Shown here piece by piece: positions 58,182-64,000 of a stretch of DNA of 64,000 nucleotides. The DNA lies in assembly GCA_037447435.1 (NCBI GenBank), contig JBBIGR010000027.1, positions 1-64,000 of the forward strand, written 5' to 3'. The translations under genes and the position numbers were made by a program. Each line of letters opens with the position of its first letter. The stretch's first letter is position 1. Below the pieces are notes generated by a model. It saw nothing but the letters and a program-made list of their open reading frames with translations, was not told the origin of the DNA and did not search any database. This stretch comes from Fibrobacteria bacterium. Lineage in GTDB: Bacteria; Fibrobacterota; Chitinivibrionia; Chitinivibrionales; FEN-1185.

Positions 58182-59240
58182 ATGAATATTATTTCCCGTC
58201 GCCGTTTCGTCGGCGCGGCCGCCTCGGCAGCCGCGCTACTTGCTCTTCGCAATCAATCGTTTGCGAAGGAGGAACCTGTCCAAGGATGGGAATCCCGGCG
58301 TGGGGTTAATCCGCTTATCGATAATATGCGCGTCGTCTGCGGCGTCAATGCAGGCATGATCACTAAAACGCCAACGTCATGGGAAATGGAAAACCAAAAC
58401 GAAGTGATATCAATCGAGCAGGTCGACCGGACCCTCGATGCAATGGCGGTTTCGCTCACGCAAAAAACCGAACCAAACGACGCCTGGCAGGCAATTTTCC
58501 AAAAACCAAAAGAAAAGTCATGGAAAGAAGTAAAAGTAGCCGTCAAGGTGAATTGCAATTCAAAAAACAACGGGCGCCTGGCGGTCATCGGCAAAATCTG
58601 CCGCAGTCTCAACACAATCGGCGTACCGATGCAAAACATCATCATTTACGACGGCCGGAGCGATGCTTGGGGCAATTATGCCCGTTTTGTCAACAAAGGC
58701 CTTCCCGACGGCGTTATCGTGAGCAAGGGAAACAAATCGCTGGGCGGCCAGACGAAAATCGCCTTGCCCTGGAATAAAAAAGACAAATACGATTGCACCG
58801 CGGATATCGCAAACGGCGTTATCGACATCATTGTCAATATCGCGAACAACAAAGGGTGCGACGCGACTTTCGGCAAAACTACATTGACGTTAAAGAACCA
58901 TGCGGGAACGTTCAATCCGCTGCCCCTGCATTTCGGCGGCGGCATGGATTATCTGCTCGCCTTCAATAAAAGCCACGCTATCATGGGCGCTGCAACACCG
59001 CGACAGCAGCTGTGCATCGTGGATTCTTTGTGGGGAATGGTCAAAGGGCCTTTCGGCGTTCCCGAGAAGCAACTTGACCGTCTCGTCATGGGCACTTTCG
59101 CCCCGAGTGTCGATTATCTGACGGCGACAAAAATCCGCGAACCCATGCTTGGCGCTTCGCACAACCAGATTTCGAGGTTTCTCACCGATTTCGGATACGC
59201 CGAAAACGAAGCAACCGATCTCGTGCCGGTGAAATTATAA
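58182..59240 (+). CDS. Tat-exported DUF362-like protein
   Basis: SRRRFV twin-arginine signal; KVAVKVNC, TLTLKNHAG and LCIVDSL motifs. Confidence 0.7.
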   Translation: MNIISRRRFVGAAASAAALLALRNQSFAKEEPVQGWESRRGVNPLIDNMRVVCGVNAGMITKTPTSWEMENQNEVISIEQVDRTLDAMAVSLTQKTEPNDAWQAIFQKPKEKSWKEVKVAVKVNCNSKNNGRLAVIGKICRSLNTIGVPMQNIIIYDGRSDAWGNYARFVNKGLPDGVIVSKGNKSLGGQTKIALPWNKKDKYDCTADIANGVIDIIVNIANNKGCDATFGKTTLTLKNHAGTFNPLPLHFGGGMDYLLAFNKSHAIMGAATPRQQLCIVDSLWGMVKGPFGVPEKQLDRLVMGTFAPSVDYLTATKIREPMLGASHNQISRFLTDFGYAENEATDLVPVKL

Positions 59241-59264
59241 AAAAAATTACACGAAAGGTCCATC

Positions 59265-59798
59265 ATGGTTACTCTCGTTTTGCAACGATTCATTTTTCCA
59301 CTGCTCTGCTCGTTGCTGCTATTTTCCACCGCACAAGCGAAAACATCGGTTGTTTCGCTTCGCGTTAAAAAAAGCGTCGCGCAATGGCAGGAGCAAAAGG
59401 ATTCCTATCAATATTTTTCAACACAAAAGTTATTTGAGCTCATTAACGGCGGCGCTCCGCAATATATCTCCCAGGGTCTTATCGACGGCATTCATCAGCA
59501 ATTGACAAGCGATTCGGGAAAAGTCTTGGAAATCTTTGCCGAAGATTTCGGAACGCCGCAGCATGCATTGGCCATGGCTGGGATTAAAAAAGACGACCTC
59601 GGTGCAGCTTCCTCCGTGCTTCCCCTCGATTCCGGCACCACTTCCTTCGCCGTGCCGGCAATCGGGGCGACAACGGTCGTCTGCGTCGCAAACCGGTATT
59701 ACGTGGAATTGGTTTTCAGCGGATTTACGAATCAAGATAAACTGATCGCCGAAGCGCGGAAATTCATCGCCTTTTACACAACCACAGGAAGCAAGTGA
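59265..59798 (+). CDS. Exported protein, DUF6599-like
   Basis: Signal peptide; LFELINGGAPQY, EDFGTPQHA and RYYVEL motifs. Confidence 0.6.
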   Translation: MVTLVLQRFIFPLLCSLLLFSTAQAKTSVVSLRVKKSVAQWQEQKDSYQYFSTQKLFELINGGAPQYISQGLIDGIHQQLTSDSGKVLEIFAEDFGTPQHALAMAGIKKDDLGAASSVLPLDSGTTSFAVPAIGATTVVCVANRYYVELVFSGFTNQDKLIAEARKFIAFYTTTGSK

Positions 59799-59805
59799 CA
59801 TTGTC

Positions 59806-60936
59806 ATGGAAAACAACCCAATCGCCATCCATATTCGAAAAGCTACCTGCCATATTCTCTATGCCTACGATATCGGCATTTCGACAAATCTATCCAAATG
59901 CATCGAACGAATCGGCACATTGGGCGGTAATGCGACATTGTCGAATCAGAACAGGCGCGCGCCGAAATATTTCGGTTACGATCCGCAGCCGCAAACAATT
60001 ATGCTGGAAGCTACCATACCGAAAATCGGTATTCATTCGGTAGCCTCATCGATCTCGCTGACATTTTACGATTTCGGCGCAGTGTCCATTTCCTACGAAA
60101 TTCCAATCTCCGGTTCGCTGAGCGATCTTCGGGACCTCAGCATCGAACTCAGCCGTAACGGCACGCTTTTGTCCGACTCGCGCAATCGTGCTCGGGACAT
60201 TGTGGCCGCGTTGGGCAATGCCGTCGACCATCCGCTTGTTGCCGCACCGGTCGAAGATTACTTGATTTTCGAAATCAACGATTGCGACATGGGGTTCCCC
60301 GCAAACGAAATACTGCAGCATGCGGGCCCGACGCTTTCCCAAATATTGCGGGCCGAAAACCGCGAACTTTCCAAACAAGAAACAGAAGACGCGCTTTCCT
60401 GCCACATTTCCTATACGCCAAACGACATCACGCTTATCGACTGGAACGCGGCGATGATTTTCGATATAGATACCGACGATGTCCGGGCGGTGCTCGAATT
60501 CGCCAACACCGAACTTCTCGAGCTTCGTTTTCTTGATTATCAATTAGATTCGTCGCTCGACCGTTCCTATGAGCTCACGCGGAAACCGCACAGCATCCTG
60601 CAGCTTTTGCCCGGAACGACAAAGCGGAACATCGCGCTCATTTCACAAATGCAACTCGAAGGCGCCATCCTGTTCGAACGCGTCAGCAATGCGCCAAAAC
60701 TGTTGGGCGATCAGTACCTTGCGCGCGTCTACCGGCTGGCTGCGCAGCGTTTTCACGTTGGGGAATGGAATTCCAGCATTCTAAGGAAACTGGACACCAT
60801 AGAGGATTTCCATAAGCAAACCAACGACAACGCCGCCAGCGACCGGCTCGAATTACTGGAATGGATCGTCATTATCCTCATTGCGCTCGAAATAATACTT
60901 CCGTTGTCGTCAAAGTTTGTCCCGGGCCTGCATTAA
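59806..60936 (+). CDS. Conserved hypothetical protein (RMD1/DUF155-like, C-terminal TM)
   Basis: YAYDIG, DWNAA, EFAN.ELLELR..D..LD, GDQYLARVY and LEWIVIILIALE motifs. Confidence 0.7.
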   Translation: MENNPIAIHIRKATCHILYAYDIGISTNLSKCIERIGTLGGNATLSNQNRRAPKYFGYDPQPQTIMLEATIPKIGIHSVASSISLTFYDFGAVSISYEIPISGSLSDLRDLSIELSRNGTLLSDSRNRARDIVAALGNAVDHPLVAAPVEDYLIFEINDCDMGFPANEILQHAGPTLSQILRAENRELSKQETEDALSCHISYTPNDITLIDWNAAMIFDIDTDDVRAVLEFANTELLELRFLDYQLDSSLDRSYELTRKPHSILQLLPGTTKRNIALISQMQLEGAILFERVSNAPKLLGDQYLARVYRLAAQRFHVGEWNSSILRKLDTIEDFHKQTNDNAASDRLELLEWIVIILIALEIILPLSSKFVPGLH

Positions 60937-60968
60937 AATTCGATACCCGGGAGAACAAGACATTTTCC

Positions 60969-62015
60969 ATGAAGCAACATTTTGAAATTTTGGACGGCTT
61001 GCGCGGTACTGCGGCCATTCTCGTTGTCGTATTTCATATCGTACAATGGATATTCCCCAATTATCTTGTCAATCCTCTTCGACATTGCCATTTGGCCGTG
61101 GATTTCTTCTTCTTGCTTTCTGGTTTCGTCGTGGGCTATGCCTATGACGATCGATGGCAAAAAATTAGAATTCGGGATTTCGTCCGGATCCGTCTTGTCC
61201 GATTGCACCCGCTTGTGCCCCTGGCCGTAACTCTTAGCGCTTTGGCTTATATTTTCGATCCGTTTGTCGGCAATGCGCAGCATGTGCGTTGGTCGATTCT
61301 CGCTTCGAATATTGCGCTCGGCGCATTATTGCTGCCGTCGCCTCCGCTTCCCAACCGCATCGATATGACGCATTCGCTTAACGGCCCGCATTGGTCGCTT
61401 TTGCAGGAATATGTCGCTAATTTTGTTTACGCCATTGTCGGTCATAAACTTTCTGTAAAGCATCTCGGGGTACTCGTATCTTTTTTTGCCGGGCTTACCG
61501 TGTATACGGCGCTTCATCACACAAACCTGCAAGGCGGCTGGACCTATGAAACATTCCGGATGGCACCGATACGCGTGGCATTTCCTTTTTTCACCGGCCT
61601 GCTCATTTACCGGCTCGATTTTCGGGTCTCTCTCAAATTCGCGTATCCTATTTTATCAATTATTCTTCTCGCTATTTTTGCAGCACCGCCCTTTCATACG
61701 CCGGGGATTTTCGAGGCATGCTGCATCATTATCGTTTTCCCGCTTATCGTAGCTGCCGGGGCCGGAAGCAAGGTCGGCGATCGATTGTCAAAAATATGCA
61801 AATTTTCCGGTGAGCTTTCCTACCCTATTTACATTCTTCACCATCCGTTTACCATGTTGTTCAGCCATTGGCTTGCGGTAAAAAGCCCATCGTATCCAAT
61901 TATCCTTCTCGTGTCGATTTCTCTTTTTATTTTTTGCATTCTCCTTGCATGGGCCGCATTCAAATTCTACGACGTACCGATAAGGGCCCGGCTTACGGCC
62001 AAGTTCAAGAAATAA
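60969..62015 (+). CDS. Acyltransferase family 3 (OafA-like) membrane protein
   Basis: LDGLRG.A, AVDFFFLLSGFV, WSL..E and GELSYPIYILH motifs. Confidence 0.92.
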   Translation: MKQHFEILDGLRGTAAILVVVFHIVQWIFPNYLVNPLRHCHLAVDFFFLLSGFVVGYAYDDRWQKIRIRDFVRIRLVRLHPLVPLAVTLSALAYIFDPFVGNAQHVRWSILASNIALGALLLPSPPLPNRIDMTHSLNGPHWSLLQEYVANFVYAIVGHKLSVKHLGVLVSFFAGLTVYTALHHTNLQGGWTYETFRMAPIRVAFPFFTGLLIYRLDFRVSLKFAYPILSIILLAIFAAPPFHTPGIFEACCIIIVFPLIVAAGAGSKVGDRLSKICKFSGELSYPIYILHHPFTMLFSHWLAVKSPSYPIILLVSISLFIFCILLAWAAFKFYDVPIRARLTAKFKK

Positions 62016-62148
62016 TCAAAATTTTCTTCTGTCTAAAATTTCCATTCTCGCAATTCTAAAACAAACGGATTGCCCCACGCAGTTCTTGCATAATAATGAT
62101 CATTATTCTATATTGATAACATGCTTTATCATTTTCAAAGGAGTCTTT

Positions 62149-63264
62149 TTGTTTTTACGTACATTGAATCTTTTTTTTATTTTAGGAATCTGCTTTTCAA
62201 TCCTATTTTCATGCAATACCGTCAAGCCAACCGTTTTTGAAACCTTTTCAATTAAAGGAACTATACTGGGTCAAGATAGCATGCCCGTGCCATTTGCTTC
62301 CATTTCGGTTTTAGGAAGAAACATCAGCGCACTATCGGATTCTTCCGGAACGTTTTCTCTTGACAATATAGACAGCGGTAATTACGACATATTGATTCAA
62401 TATTATAATTCGTATTATTCGTTTAGAACCATTATTAAAACGTCTATTACTGACAGTTCAGTTAACATTGGCAAAGTTATCCTTCGGACATTTTCTCCCT
62501 CAAATAGCGACTATGTTTCTGTTTCAATGCAAACAACAAAAACACAGGAATACATTTCTTTTCCTTCCACACAAGATTTTGCAACGAGTGTTGACACGAC
62601 TTTGCTTTATTCCGACAGTCTATATTTATATTTAAGAATATATTCCGGCTCTTTGATTAAAGATGCTCCCTATAAAATTTTTTGCGATTCTACGATTACA
62701 GGTTCAGTATTTACAATCAAACAAAAAGCAACGGCAAAAATATTTTGTCCGCCAGGAATACATTTATTTGAAATCAGGGATAGTTCTAATTACACTACGA
62801 ATAAAATTTATATAAATAATGTTTACAAAACAATGAATTGCCTTATGGTTTCATTAAGACAAGACATGGATCGATATGTGGATTTTGATCTTCATTTTAT
62901 TGACAATAAAGGGGATACTTGTAATTACCGAAACAGCAACCCCGATTGGGGCACAAAAGGAAACAATTCCGATGATCCCTTGCTGAAATTTGAAAACAAT
63001 GATCCAACAAGCAGCAACGAAACATTACTTTATAAAAACATTCCAAATGGTAAATATACTATAATGATACACAATTTTGTCGACACATCTGCTGTAGATT
63101 CGGGCACTTATGGGTTTTATGCATGCGATATAACCGTAAACGATTCTCTTTATCATTTTTATGGCAAGTTATTGCAAAATCAAATGTCCATTATCGGCAC
63201 TCTTACTGTACCCGAAATGGGTTTCGTAAAAGCGGATTCCACTTTTTTTATAATTAACCCATGA
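62149..63264 (+). CDS. AT-rich lipoprotein with carboxypeptidase-regulatory-like N-domain and YfaP-like C-domain
   Basis: AAGGAG before TTG 62149 and lipobox ILFSC. Motifs IKGTIL..PVPFASI..SDSSGTF and DFDLH..C.Y.N.NPDWG. Confidence 0.65.
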   Translation: MFLRTLNLFFILGICFSILFSCNTVKPTVFETFSIKGTILGQDSMPVPFASISVLGRNISALSDSSGTFSLDNIDSGNYDILIQYYNSYYSFRTIIKTSITDSSVNIGKVILRTFSPSNSDYVSVSMQTTKTQEYISFPSTQDFATSVDTTLLYSDSLYLYLRIYSGSLIKDAPYKIFCDSTITGSVFTIKQKATAKIFCPPGIHLFEIRDSSNYTTNKIYINNVYKTMNCLMVSLRQDMDRYVDFDLHFIDNKGDTCNYRNSNPDWGTKGNNSDDPLLKFENNDPTSSNETLLYKNIPNGKYTIMIHNFVDTSAVDSGTYGFYACDITVNDSLYHFYGKLLQNQMSIIGTLTVPEMGFVKADSTFFIINP

Positions 63265-63299
63265 GATTATTTTAAGAGTCATTAAGACAATTCATTTTC

Positions 63300-64000
63300 C
63301 TATTTTTTCAACAGGCCAAGCCGGATAAGGCTTTCTGCAGTGGCAACGACGGCTTCTTCGTTAGGCCGTGGAGCCCAACCGAGCACGCGACGGGCTTTCT
63401 CATTTGTGGCTTGTTTTACTTTCCCCAATTCCGGCACGATTTGCGCGACCGCAGGATCAAATAAGGCGACTATCCGCACCAACCAATCCGGAAGCACTTT
63501 GGCAGGAACGCGCTTCGCCGCTTCACCCATGCGCCGCCGGAGCACATCGGCAATTTCCTTCATCGACATGCTGTCGCCGGCAACTGCCAAAAACCGTTGC
63601 CCCTTTGCAGCGGGAGAGGTCATGGCGCGCAAGTGCAAATCGGCCACGTCGCGTACATCGACAAAACCGAATGTCAGGCGCGGACAACCCGGAACCATGC
63701 CGTCCAGCAACCGTTGCACAATAAGAATCGACGTAGAATAATCCTTACCCAGCACAGGTCCAAGAACGCCGACGGGATTAATCACCGCGAGTTCCAATGC
63801 GCCGCCTTCTCGGTCAATAAAGTCCCATGCGGCCCGCTCGGCCACAGTTTTCGATTTCACGTAAGCGCCTATTTTGCCTGCATTCGGATCGGTCCAGTTT
63901 TCCTCCGAAAATGGCTTGTTTGAAATTGCCTGACCATACCCTATTGCCGCAAATGAGGAGGTCATAACGACGCGTTTGACCTTAGCGTCACGCGCGGCCC
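63300..64000 (-). CDS. NAD-dependent epimerase/dehydratase (dihydroflavonol-4-reductase/aldehyde reductase-like extended SDR), 5' part outside the window
   Basis: TSSFAAI, AYVKSKTVAERAAW (YxxxK) and VDVRDVADLH. The frame stays open to the window end. Confidence 0.9.
   Translation of the reverse strand, partial: AARDAKVKRVVMTSSFAAIGYGQAISNKPFSEENWTDPNAGKIGAYVKSKTVAERAAWDFIDREGGALELAVINPVGVLGPVLGKDYSTSILIVQRLLDGMVPGCPRLTFGFVDVRDVADLHLRAMTSPAAKGQRFLAVAGDSMSMKEIADVLRRRMGEAAKRVPAKVLPDWLVRIVALFDPAVAQIVPELGKVKQATNEKARRVLGWAPRPNEEAVVATAESLIRLGLLKK

Overview
64 kb of bacterial chromosome in the standard genetic code, with mostly minus-strand genes. The gene content points to Fibrobacterota, plausibly a Chitinivibrionia/Chitinispirillia-like lineage (inference): secreted proteins with T9SS-like C-terminal domains, a SprE/PorW-like TPR protein, an FGE-sulfatase-domain protein and an OmpA with TSP3 repeats. 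Left end (1-2.9 kb): an AT-rich, defence-like patch with a 5'-truncated SF1 helicase carrying a nuclease-like C-terminus, and a HEPN-like gene pair. Next come a 1465-aa Ig-repeat lipoprotein with a perfect CRP-type box upstream, four tandem secreted ThuA-like paralogues and a DUF4912 gene. These are followed by the yceD-rpmF-plsX-fabH-fabD-fabG-acpP-fabF-rnc operon extended by an acyl-CoA dehydrogenase, then ssb, panB and glyA behind a ZMP/ZTP riboswitch. The middle holds envelope, signalling and protease genes. The most interesting locus is pckG-accD-accA followed by a gene that fuses a pyruvate/oxaloacetate carboxyltransferase to a complete AccB-type biotin carrier, with no biotin carboxylase in the window. 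This is a candidate oxaloacetate:acetyl-CoA transcarboxylase route to malonyl-CoA, and a promoter-to-terminator ~200-nt non-coding unit lies upstream of it. The right end encodes an MBOAT/SGNH pair, a Tat substrate, an acyltransferase-3 and a partial extended SDR. No rRNA, tRNA, CRISPR array or transposase was seen.
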